A DNA stretch of 63,955 nt, filler included, from Klebsormidium nitens (taxonomy: Eukaryota > Plantae > Klebsormidiophyceae), in assembly GCA_000708835.1 (NCBI GenBank). It is 6 parts of 6 records of this genome, joined end to end, with 100 filler letters (N's around TTAATTAATTAA, not from the genome) between each part and the next. Parts side by side here need not be neighbours in the genome. Positions count along the whole stretch, not along the records: positions 21,396 to 41,092 come from DF237936.1; 5 more parts are not named here. One strand, written 5' to 3'. Position numbers and translations under genes: made by a program. A model generated the notes under the pieces. It saw only the letters and a program-made list of their open reading frames with translations, had not been told where the DNA came from and did no database searches. Positions 25,405 through 36,500 of the stretch are shown here, piece by piece (position 1 is the first letter of the stretch; the number at the start of each line of letters is the position of its first letter).

Positions 25405-27219
25405 ATGGCGCTCTCTGCTGCTGCTCGCCTGGGTGCTGCTCCCTGCCTGCGGGGGCTGGCCTGTCCGGAGGCGCAGCTGCCGTGCAAGCAGCTCTCCCCT
25501 GCTTACCTCGGCGCCTTTGGGTGCCCCCCCCAGTGTCCGTCGCCGTTTCGCCTGCGGCGCCCAGTGCGGCAGTCCCGCTGTGTTGCTGCCGCTGCTGCCA
25601 GCGCTGGCAGCAATCCTTTTGCGGCGCAGATGGGGAGTGCAGCAGAGGCGCAAGCGGAGGGGCTGCCGCGTGCTGCGTATGGGGGCGCGCAACAGCAGGG
25701 CGGGGCGGACCCCATGACGGCCCTTCTGCGGCAGCGGGTGGTCTTCCTGGGGAATCAGGTGAGCACGGGCGTGCTTGTTGGTAATGGTCCACTCGCTGCC
25801 TCAATTGTGATCCACCATGGACGCATCACAGAGGGGTTCTTCTGTCGTGCGCCGCCGATGAGTTCTCGCGTGTGTTGTGGTGCCTCCTGCTTGTGGCGGA
25901 CCAGCACTCTGTCTGCGCGGTGCTGGAGCACCGTGGGGTAGGGGGGGACTGCCACCTCAGAGGACGTTGAGCTGCATGTTGAAGCACGGGCTGGCACAGA
26001 ATGGAGGCGCTGAGTTAGACAGCTGGTCGGAGCCGAGTGAGTGGCCTGCTAGTGTGCGGGGCCCTCTACAGCTCCAGCATGCGGCACCTTGTGTAAGGTC
26101 CACGTTGCATGGAAGTTGCGACATGGCGGTGCATCAAAGTGGCCACAGGAGCATGGCACTGTTGCGGAGTGCTGCGATGGGCAGGGTGGAGGTGTGGCAG
26201 GAGAGGGGGCCCGCCAGCCAGCGCGGCGCGCACAACGGAGTTGCCCATGTCAGTGTGCTGTGGCCTGACTGTGGCTGGTGGGTGCAGATCGACGACTTTG
26301 TGGCGGACACCATCATTGCGCAGCTGCTGCTGCTGGACGCCACCGACCACAAGCGCGACATCCGGCTGCTCATCAACTGCAGCGGGGGCAGCCTCAACGC
26401 GGCCATGGCCATCTACGACGCCATCCAGCTCGTGCGCGCCGACGTGTCCACCATCGCCCTCGGCATCGCCGCCTCCACCGCCGCGCTCGTCCTCGCAGGT
26501 CAGCCCTCGCCCCGCCGCACCATGCTGCGCGTCAAGCTGCTCCACAACAGGCCCCTTTGACGGCGGCGCACTGCTCGGCCTGCACCACAAAGGCAATCCC
26601 GGCAGGCTGTGCCGCGGGTGCTCCGCCGGCCTTGTGCCGTGGTGGCCAGGTCTGAACGTTGGTGCTAGAGTGGTTTATCAGGGGCCCCTCCCTCGCATCC
26701 GTGCTGCTCACATGCTTACAGGGGCACCAGAGCGTGCATCCGCCGAGTTGCAGGGGCAGGAGCAGCCCGTGCGGTCTCGACAGACGCAAGTGCACAGCGC
26801 GCTGTCTGTGCCCTCCTGCTGTGGATCATTCCGGGGCTGCCGCTTGGGCTGACGGGTGGCGCGGGGGTGGCTGTGGTGCAGGCGGGACGCAGGGCAAGCG
26901 GCTGGCCATGCCCAACACGCGCATCATGATCCACCAGCCGCTGGGCGGCGCGAGCGGGCAGGCGATCGACGTGGAGATCCAGGCCAAGGAGATCATGTAC
27001 CACAAGGCCAACGTCACCAAGATCATGGCCGACATCACGGGGCGGCCCGCGTGGCAGGTGGAGCTGGACACGGACCGCGACCGCTACATGTCGCCCATCG
27101 AGGCCATGGAGTACGGCATCATCGACTCCGTCATTGACAAGGAGGCCATCGTGCCGCTGCGGCCAATGCCCGAGAAAGTGGCCCCGCGCGAAATTCGGCT
27201 ACCCCTCTTTCTTCGGTGA
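25405..27219 (+). CDS. CLPP4: Plastid ATP-dependent Clp protease proteolytic subunit, ClpP4-like
   Basis: Exons 25405-25758, 26288-26498 and 26882-27219: [12 protein letters not shown]|[17 protein letters not shown]...[19 protein letters not shown]|[35 protein letters not shown]...[11 protein letters not shown]. The Ser-His-Asp triad is intact. Confidence 0.93.
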
Positions 27220-28136
27220 GGAGCGATATGGGGAGGGGGTCTTCCAGATCAGCCACATAAGACTGTTGGGATGGCTAACACATCTTATGTTGACTTTTCA
27301 TATTGTACAGTAGGGATGATTATAGTTCCAGGTCTTACCATCTGCAACCATTGTGATGTATCGATTGATACAACAATGTGTTGCAGCAACGCATTCCGAA
27401 GTTCAAGGGAGTGCACTGTTATTAAACATTGTATTGAATAACGTGCACGATAAGTTGGTCATATTCTGCTCTAGTTTGACAGCCGTTTCATGCATGCCCA
27501 CGCATGGATCTATGTGCACCGACGGCCTGCAGCTGGGCATGGCTCCGAGTGCAGTTTTTAGCATAGCGCGGCTCAATGATCTCCGTTTGGGTGCTTGTTG
27601 CATGACGTAGGTGGTAGGATTCTAGGACTTGATCTGGACATGACTTGCAGCCATAGTAAGCTAGCTGCAGAGTCAGTACTCAATAACTGTACCCCGGTCT
27701 CACCGGAGCAGATTGCCCGATGGCTCAGCGCGGCCCAGGGTATATAATTAGAACATGTGACCTTCTCCATGAAATGTAAGAGGGTATGCCACCATGCGAC
27801 AAGGTTATTATTCACATGCGTGACCTTCGCATGACATCTGCGTTTTCCTGGATTGTCTCGTGCCTCTTTAAGTCAGTAAAATTCGACACCATATGACAAA
27901 GACGCCGGGCCTCCGAGTCACTGTCACCGAAATCGTTTTTTTTTTGGTCATTACCCAAGACGGGTCTCCTTTGTGCGCCCTCCAATACTTAAGCAGATGA
28001 ACGACTGATGTATGGACGTCAAAGCTATTGCAGACCTACGAAGTCCAGCATGACCAGCAGACTTGTTTCCTCCCCAATCGCGATGCTAGGGCCATGTTTC
28101 ATTCTGCCCGCCGCTGCCGCTGCCGCTTGCCCCCCC

Positions 28137-31100
28137 TCAGATGCCCGACGCGGTAGTGGGGTCCGTGGCTTCCCCCTGCAAGAACGCGGCACACGTCGTC
28201 AATAGCAGTAGAGAAACAGACCAGCGCCGCAGTGCACGGGCAACTCATGGAGCGGAGCGGAGGGCGAAGGCGAGGCCGTTCGGGGTGGGGGCGGTAGGGC
28301 GGGCGGCGCACCAGCGTGGTGCCCTTGTCGGGCCCGCCGGCGCGGTACGAGAAGAGGTACTCGATGTTGATGCCCGCCATGCGCCGCGGGGTGAGGCCCA
28401 GCTCCGGGAACGACGGGCCTGCACGACACAGCCACCCGCACGGCCTCAACACAAGAGAGAGCAGGCGGGGCACAGCGGACGAGGGGGCGAGCACGGCGGC
28501 TGGAGAGCGGTAAGCAGGGAGCAGGGGGGGCGGGAGGGGGTGCGCGGTGCTCACAGTTGGGCGGCACGACCTGGTCCTGCTCGAGGCGGTGGATGTAGTC
28601 CGCGGTGAACATGGGCGGGCTGGGCACCGGCGTGGGCAGCCGCGGCAGCAGCCACTCGCGCGGGAGGGCCAGCAGCTGCACGCACACCAAGAGCAGCAGA
28701 CAGGGGGAGGCCGGTCAGAGGGTGCTCGCACCATGATCTCTGGGAGTAAAGAGCCCATCCTTCACAGCCAGATGAAGCTTGCTTTTGACCCGGTACCGTT
28801 CGCATTGGTTACCTTCGGGTCCAGGCGCCGCCAACTCGATCATCGTCTTCGAAAGTAGATTGAGCCCGAGCCTGATCGGATTTGATGTCGACTGTATTAG
28901 AGATCGATCAGGCTCGGGCTCGGCTTTGACCAAGAAACGCCAAGTGCAACAACCGTATCAGAGGGAGGGCTACATTGGTGCAGCGCGTGTGCCGGTCAGC
29001 AGGCGAAAGGGCAATGGAGCCGCCCATGTGGGCGCGCACGAGAGGAGAGGGCAAACCCCAGGGTGGGGCAGTGCGCTCTGCAGTGTCTGGGTGCGACTCC
29101 TGACCCGCAGGTTATGGTAAGCACGGAATTTGGTTTGAAGCAAGTGCGGCCAAAGGCGCTCGCCCCAGCCCATGGCGATGGGTCCTGGCCCAGCAGCACG
29201 CGCGCCTCCGGGTCGGGAGTGGGGGCGGGCGGAGGCCTCCCCCTTGTCTGCAACACATCGGTAGGAGAGTGGCGGGAGGCGCAGCGCGGGCGCTCACCTT
29301 GGCGAGGGGGAAGGGGAGGTCCACCGTGGAGGGCGCCTCGCGGATGGTGTCGAACACGAGCTGGAACTGCACACACACAGCGCCACCACACGGGTCAGCA
29401 CGCGGGGCAGCAGCTCGCCGCAACACGGGCAGGCCTGGCCGCAGGGCGGCTGCACGACAGAGGAGGCGCGTGGGGGGGCGGGCGCAGGGGGGCCGCTCAC
29501 CACTTGCTTGTAGGTAAAGACGTCCGGCCCGCCCAGCGTGAAGGTCTGCCCCGCCGCAGCGCCGTCGTCGCGCACCGCCGTCAGCACGGCCGCCGCCACG
29601 TCCAGCACGCTCACCGGCTGCACCCTGCACGCGCACGCGCCAGGTCAGCAGCGCAACGAGGCAGCCCAGGCCAGGCACGCGGGGGAGCGCACGGGCGGGC
29701 AGGACGAGCCCCGAGTCACTGTTTCGGCAGAGGGGGCGCGGCAGTGGCTTACTTGGTGGCACCCCCCCCGATGAGGGGCACCGCGGGCATCTTCTTGACG
29801 AGTGACGCGATGTGCTTGAGCAGGCGGTCCTCCGTGCCAAACATGGGCGCCGGCCGCATGATGACCGCCTGCACACACAGCAGCCGTCAGCCCAGGCAGC
29901 ACGCAATGCGGCCGCGCAGGCAGGCGCGCATCTAGAGGTGCAGGGCGGACAACGGCAGGAGCAGCAGTGAAGAGCATGGCCGCGCAATGCGAGTGGGCAG
30001 GTGAGCGGAGGCGCGGCGCGTGCGAGGGGGCGCAGGGGTCACCTCGGGCAGGATGGCGCGCACGGCGGCCTCGCCGGCGGCCTTGGTGCGCAGCTGGGCG
30101 GAGGGCGACTCCGGGGAGGCGTTGAGGCACGAGAGGTGGACAAAGCGCTGGATGCCGCCGTGGGCCGCGCACGCCTGCAGCAGCCACACGCAGCGCGTCA
30201 GATCAGCACCCACGGCATAGCGGCAAAGGGGGGCGTTCATGCCAGGGAGGCACTTGCGCAGAGGGTGGCCCCCACCTCGGCGCCAAGCTGCTGAAGGGCA
30301 TCTGCCATGAGCAATCCTGACGCCCAGAAATTCTAGTCTCGGGAGGCGGGAGCGCACCTGAGCCAGGCGTGTAGGGAAGTCGACGTTGATATCCTGGAAG
30401 CGGAAGTTGCGCGTCTCATGGTCCCTGCCTGCACACACCCCAGCGCAGATTCATCAAGAAGGGGGCCCCTGCAGCAGACCCTGCCACCCGGCAATCGCAG
30501 AAGCTCTGCTGCAGGAATGCGGCGAGCGTGGGGCCCGGGGGAGCGGGCTCACCCAAGAGGTTGATGACCACATTGGAGCGCGCCAGAGCAGCGGCCAGCA
30601 GCGCGTCATTGCGGATGTCGTAGTGGATGGGGACGATCTGGAGCAGCACACGCGGGGAGCGGGTCAGGCGGGCAAGCACGGGGGAAGGCCAAGAGGAAGG
30701 AGGGGGAGCTTCCCCAGGCCGCAGCCACTGGCACAGGCCCAGCAGCGGCGGGGGAGCAAGCACAAGTGGCGGTAGCCAGCAGGGGATAGCACGGTGATGG
30801 CGGAGAGCGCTGGGTGCCCACCTGGCCGAGGTCGCCCATGGGCTTGAGGTGGCGGTACTCATCATCGATCCCGCGGTACGGCACCACCACCTGCGACCCC
30901 ACGCGCGCTGCAGCGGGGAGACAGCGCGGCCACCAGTGAGCGATGCGGCAGCAGTCAGGACAGAAGGCAGCGCCATACAAAGAAGGGAGGAGGACAGGAG
31001 GGGCCTGGAGCAGGGGCACAGCCTGCCGCGCCCATCAATGATTGATGCGATGGACAGTCACAGATGCGCTGCTCACCCAGCTGCTGCACCACGTAGCGGC

Positions 31101-31610
31101 CCAGGAAGCCGGTGGCGCCAAACACGGTGACCGTCAAGCCGCTGCACCAGGCAGCAAGAGGGGCACATCAGCGCCGCAATCTCTTCATAGCGTAAAGACA
31201 GGCCGCATCCTTCAGCACAGATGAATGCAGGAAGCAGTTGATGTGCCATTGCAATTGAAGCGCTGCCAGATCTGCGACACAGTGCTGGAGCGCACCTGAC
31301 AGAGGAGCGGCCCCCGGCGCCCTTGACGGCCGGGTGCAGCCCGCTCGCCATGACCGCCATGCCGCGCTGCCCCGCCACGCTGCCGGGCAGGCCTGCAAGC
31401 GGCACCACACGCGTCAGCCTCAGTGCAGCACCCCTCCGCAGGATCCAAGCTGCTGCTGCAAGAAAACCGGCAGCGAGATCGAGGGGCGTCCCGCTGCATC
31501 TTGATTGGCATACCTTGCTGGCTGGCTACGGCATCGCCTGCATTCGTGACCACCGCTGGCCATTCCGCGAGGGCCCGCGCTCTCAGAGGCCACAGGCGAC
31601 GGGCCAACAT
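28137..31610 (-). CDS. NDUFA9: Mitochondrial complex I 39-kDa subunit (SDR fold), about 13 exons; first exon tentative
   Basis: Exons encode GGRSSVS|GLTVTVFGATGFLGRYVVQQL|GSQVVVPYRG...HLKPMGDLGQ|...SNVVINLLG|RDHETRNFRFQDIN|RFVHLSCLNA...KAAGEAAVR|IMRPAPMFGTEDR|VQPVSVLDVA...|...YLFSYRAGGP. Confidence 0.93.
28862..28921. repeat. Perfect 17-bp inverted repeat with a 26-nt loop, in the long NDUFA9 intron
   Basis: GAGCCCGAGCCTGATCG (28862-28878) and CGATCAGGCTCGGGCTC (28905-28921) are exact reverse complements. Confidence 0.9.
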
Positions 31611-32380
31611 GGTGCCACGCAGGGGGGAACAACCATGCAGCGCAACGGCACAGCGGGCTGGCAAAGCAGACGAGCACCACGGCACTGCTGCACGCGTCCT
31701 TCTCCCCACCGCTGTGGCCTGCACAACGAGGTTTAATCGGTCAGAATTGGGGACCAACAACGCACAGCGGGTATGTTGAGCGCTGGACCTCGAGGGTTAT
31801 GGACTTCGACTCTCGAGGGTTATGGACCTTGTGGTTAACTAGGCGTGCCGGGGGCTCTTGGGCCCCCGGATGCTGTATAGTGTCAACAGAGGCAAGCGAA
31901 GCACATTCCCCCATCTACTGACACTTCCAATCGGTCACCAGAACTGTCGAACCTGGTGCAAACGACCTCAAACGGTGCACGCTCAACTTGACTGCTTGAC
32001 ACCAGTTGCAATATCGGTGCGAGCTCAGCAAACAGGCCTCCAGGCCTGCATTTGAGCACCAAACGTTGCTCATAGTGTCACTTTTCAAAAACAAGCTGCT
32101 GTGCTGGGACATTGACACAAACAATAAATCGGTGCGACCACTCACAGTTCTGCCTGTGAGTATAGCGTTATCACCACCGAAAAGGAAGAGGAAGTGCCAA
32201 CCCATTCAGACTGCGGCTCGGTGCGGAGCCTTGACACCACATCGCAGTCTGCATCGGTCCTTATTATTAACACCAACCCAGCTGCAATGTACATGTGGAG
32301 TGACGGCGTTAAGCTTACGTCACTCGACCAATCAGATCGCCGGGATGGGTCCTGAAGACTCTGTAAGAGCCCCCTAATTA

Positions 32381-32791
32381 CACTTTGCAGTGGCACCCCC
32401 TTAGGTATTCTGTTGGGGGGGGGGGCTTAGGTTGCTTTATCCAACTGAAAGTGGGGAGGGGGGGCGGGCTTGAGGCTTTTCACTTGGGGCGCAGCCCCGG
32501 CCGGATCTTTGGTGCAGAATCATCTTTTACACGCTATTTTATCCTCATTTGCCCACTGATGCGAACATCTACCCTTTGAATGCTACAAAAATGCACTTTT
32601 CGACGTATAAAAAGAGGCAAAAACATGTATATGACAGTGCTTTTCTCCAAGATCGAGGCCCGGTTGGTGGACAACTGGCTCGGGGCCTTGACCATTTTTG
32701 TGATGACAAGGGCCGGGGGGGGGGGGGGGGGGGTTGTGACCCTCGAGCCAAAGTGCCTCTAAAATACCTAACCGGGTGCCACTTCAAAGTG
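32381..32791. mobile_element. MITE-like 411-bp element
   Basis: 29-bp terminal inverted repeat with 3 mismatches: CACTTTGCAGTGGCACCCCCTTAGGTATT versus reverse complement CACTTTGAAGTGGCACCCGGTTAGGTATT. The interior is non-coding with poly-G runs. No target-site duplication is evident. Confidence 0.55.
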
Positions 32792-32972
32792 ACGGTACCC
32801 TTAGTATATGAATACCGGTATGGTATTTGCATGCTGCATTTGAAATCTTAACCAGGAAATCAGACTGCAGTGGTTTTCTTAGAAACCCAACTTTTAACGC
32901 AAATTATGATCGATGCCTTCCCTTCAACTTCAAGGAAATCTGAGAGGCGCAACCCCTAATTCTGAATCTTTG

Positions 32973-33397
32973 TGGGGGAGCAGCTGCATCGTGCACATCT
33001 ACTTTTCAGNNNNNNNNNNNNNNNNNNNNNNNNNNNNNNNNNNNNNNNNNNNNNNNNNNNNNNNNNNNNNNNNNNNNNNNNNNNNNNNNNNNNNNNNNNN
33101 NNNNNNNNNNNNNNNNNNNNNNNNNNNNNNNNNNNNNNNNNNNNNNNNNNNNNNNNNNNNNNNNNNNNNNNNNNNNNNNNNNNNNNNNNNNNNNNNNNNN
33201 NNNNNNNNNNNNNNNNNNNNNNNNNNNNNNNNNNNNNNNNNNNNNNNNNNNNNNNNNNNNNNNNNNNNNNNNNNNNNNNNNNNNNNNNNNNNNNNNNNNN
33301 NNNNNNNNNNNNNNNNNNNNNNNNNNNNNNNNNNNNNNNNNNNNNNNNNNNNNNNNNNNNTGGGGGAGCAGCTGCATCGTGCACATCTACTTTTCAG
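32973..33397. other. N gap (33010-33360) with an identical 37-bp sequence on both sides; probable overlap or assembly artefact
   Basis: tgggggagcagctgcatcgtgcacatctacttttcag occurs immediately before and immediately after the gap. Confidence 0.85.
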
Positions 33398-33566
33398 AAG
33401 GATCAGAATTTGCAGGCACCCGCAGGGCCGCCGGAGACTGCAGTCAAGCATCTGGTGTAACAGACCAGGGCAGCAGCGGGGGTGCATCTTGTCGCTTCTT
33501 CCCTGCCTGACGAGGCGCTGATTGGGGGTGCTGCTGCTGGTGGGGCCAGCTTGAGTGGGCGCCAGC

Positions 33567-36500
33567 ATGGCGACGTCCGGGATGCGCGGGCTGTCCACGT
33601 TCATTGCGGACATCCGCAATTGCCAGAACAAGGAGGCGGAGAAGGCGCGCGTTGAGAAGGAGCTCGCCAACATCCGTTCCAAGATCAAGGCCGCGGTGAG
33701 CTCGCCATGGGGCGCCCATTGTGGATGCCCAGCCTACAGCAGGAGCTTGCACCGATTGGGGCCAGACCGCAGCGTGTGTTTTTGCTGGTCCTCCTGCGGG
33801 CAGCTGCCAGTGGGCTCGCTCCTGGGGCGTGGCGTCTAAACAGTGACGCGGGGTGGTGGTGGGTGCAGGGCATGACGGGGTACGAGAAGAAGAAGTACGT
33901 GTGGAAGATGCTGTACATCTACATGCTGGGCTACGACGTCGAGTACGGCCAGACGGAGGCCATCGCGCTCATGTCCGCGCCCAAGTATGCCGAGAAGCAG
34001 GTCAGCCACGCGCACCGCCCAGCCCACCAATCAGTGCACCTCCAATTGGCACTCCACCCGAGCGGGCCCTTGGCTGCGGTGTGCGTGCCCCAGCTGGCAA
34101 CCCGTGCTTGCTGCTGTGTGTGCTGGCCTGACCGGCGGCCGCTGCTGCTGTGCGCGGCGTGGCTTGTGCGCAGGTGGGGTACATTGTGACGGCGGCGCTG
34201 CTGAACGAGACGGTGCAGGAGCTGCGGCTGGTGATCAACACTGTGCGCAATGACATCATCAGCAGGAACGAGATCTTCCAGTGCCTTGGTCTCACCTTTG
34301 TAAGTCTAGCTTTCCTTCCACGGCGGCGCAAAGGGGATCCTCTGCTACGACTACCGGCGTCTGTTTTTGTACCCCTGTTTGTGTACTCTAACCTGCACTA
34401 GTGCCCCAGGCTGAGCTGAGGCCCTGCTGCGGTGGGGTCTGCGTGCAGGTGGCCAACGTGGGGGGAACCGAGTTTGCGGAGTCCCTGGCTGCGGACGTGC
34501 AGCAGCTGCTGGTGAGTGTCAGCCTCCCCCCTTGCGCCCAGGCCTGCCCTTGCAGATTGCCCGCGCACGTGAGCTGGCGGGTCTAGCTGCGTGTCTGTGA
34601 GGGGCAGGGCCCCACTGTGGCCTCCGCTGGTGAGGCCCCCCCCCGCTGTGCGCGCTGCCTCGGGGCTGCCCTGATGGGCTGCGGTGGGCGTGTGTGCAGC
34701 TGTCGCGCACGGCGCGGCCCCTGGTGCGCAAGAAGGCGGCGCTGTGCCTGCTGCGCCTCTACCGCAAGAACCGCGACGTCATCAACGTGGATGGCTGGTC
34801 AGTGCCTGCCCGCCAATTGCCGCATGTCCCTGGGCTGATGTTTCCCAGCGGGGGGTATGCAATTGCAACCCTCGTGATTGCCACATGGCAGATTAGGAGT
34901 GCAGTCGGCAGAACATCTCTTTGCGATTGGCCCGTCAGTCTCCTCCTGGCTGTTTTTCCACCTCCCTCTTCCCTCTCTGCTGGCCGGCTCTCTTCCATAT
35001 TGCCTGATGACAGTTGCTGCACCGGTCGGGCAAGTTTCTGCGTCCTTCTGTCTTTTCATGAGACAGCGGACTGCGGAGCTCGCTGCCCGCCAGCGCGCCC
35101 CGTTGCCGGCTGCGTGTGCCCTCCTCCGCGGCTGACTGGTGCCGCCCTGCGGTGCGCGTGCAGGGGCGACGTGCTGGGCCCGCTGCTGGACGAGCGCGAC
35201 ATCGGCGTGCTGACCGCGGTGATGAGCCTGCTGCTGGCGCTGGTGGCGGCCTCGCCGGAGGCGTACCTGGCGTGCGTGCCCAAGTGCGTGCGCCTGCTGG
35301 AGCGGCTGACGCGCAGCGTGGACGTGCCGCAGGAGTACACGTACTACGGCATCCCGTCGCCCTGGCTGCAGGTCAAGACGATGCGCGTGCTGCAGTACTT
35401 CCCCGCGCTGGAGGATCCCGGCCAGCGGCGCGGCCTGCTGGAGGTGCTGCAGCGCGTGCTCATGGGGACGGACGTGGTCAAGAACGTGAACAAGAACAAC
35501 GCGGCGCACGCGGTGCTCTTTGAGGCGCTCGCGCTCGTGCTGCACATGGACGTCGACCGCGACCTCATGACGCAGTGCGTGGCGCTGCTCGGCAAGTTCA
35601 TCGCCGTGCGCGAGCCCAACATCCGCTACCTGGGCCTCGAGAACATGGCGCGCCTCGCCGCCGTGGCCGACATGAACGCCGCCATCAAGCGGCACCAGGC
35701 GCACATCATCGCGTCGCTCAAGGACCCTGACATCAGCATCCGGCGGCGCGCGCTGGACCTGCTCTACGGCATGTGCGACACCTCCAACGCCAAGGACATC
35801 GTGGAGGAGCTGCTCAAGGTGAACCCCCGCGCCACACCCCCCCCCCGCCGCCGGCCCGCCGCTCGCAACTCTCGGCCCTTGTTTCCCTTGGCTCCTGTGG
35901 CCAGTGCGGTTGCTGACCTACGTGTGTGTGCGCCCGGTGCAGTTCATGGCGAGCGCCGACTTTGGGCTGCGGGAGGAGCTGGCGCTCAAGGCCGCCATCC
36001 TGGCGGAGAAGTACGCACCCGACCTCGGCTGGTGAGGCCCCGCGCGCCCTCACCCCTGCCACCGCACCCAGGCCGGCTCGGCCTGCCTTGTGGCCGCTTT
36101 CGCATTCCGCCGTGCTCGCTTCGTGCCGCGTGCTGCGGTTTGACGGGTGTGGGCGGTGCAGGTACGTGGACGTGATCCTGCAGCTGGTGGAGAAGGCGGG
36201 CGACTTCGTGAGCGACGACATCTGGTACCGCGTCGTGCAGATCGTGACCAACAACGACGACCTCCAGGCATACGCCGCCTCCAAGGGCCTCGCCTACCTG
36301 CGCGCCTCCGCCGTGCACGAAACCATGATCAAGGTCAGCGCCGCCCGCCCCTCTGCCCCGCCCGCTCCGCCATGTGGCCTTCGCCTGCGGCCTCCGCCCG
36401 TATGCAGTTGCCTCCTTCTCGTGATGCCCCCTCCTGCGCGTTCGCTGCCCCGCCCTGTCTGCGCCTGACCCGGGTGTGCGTGTGCTGCAGGTGGGCGCGT

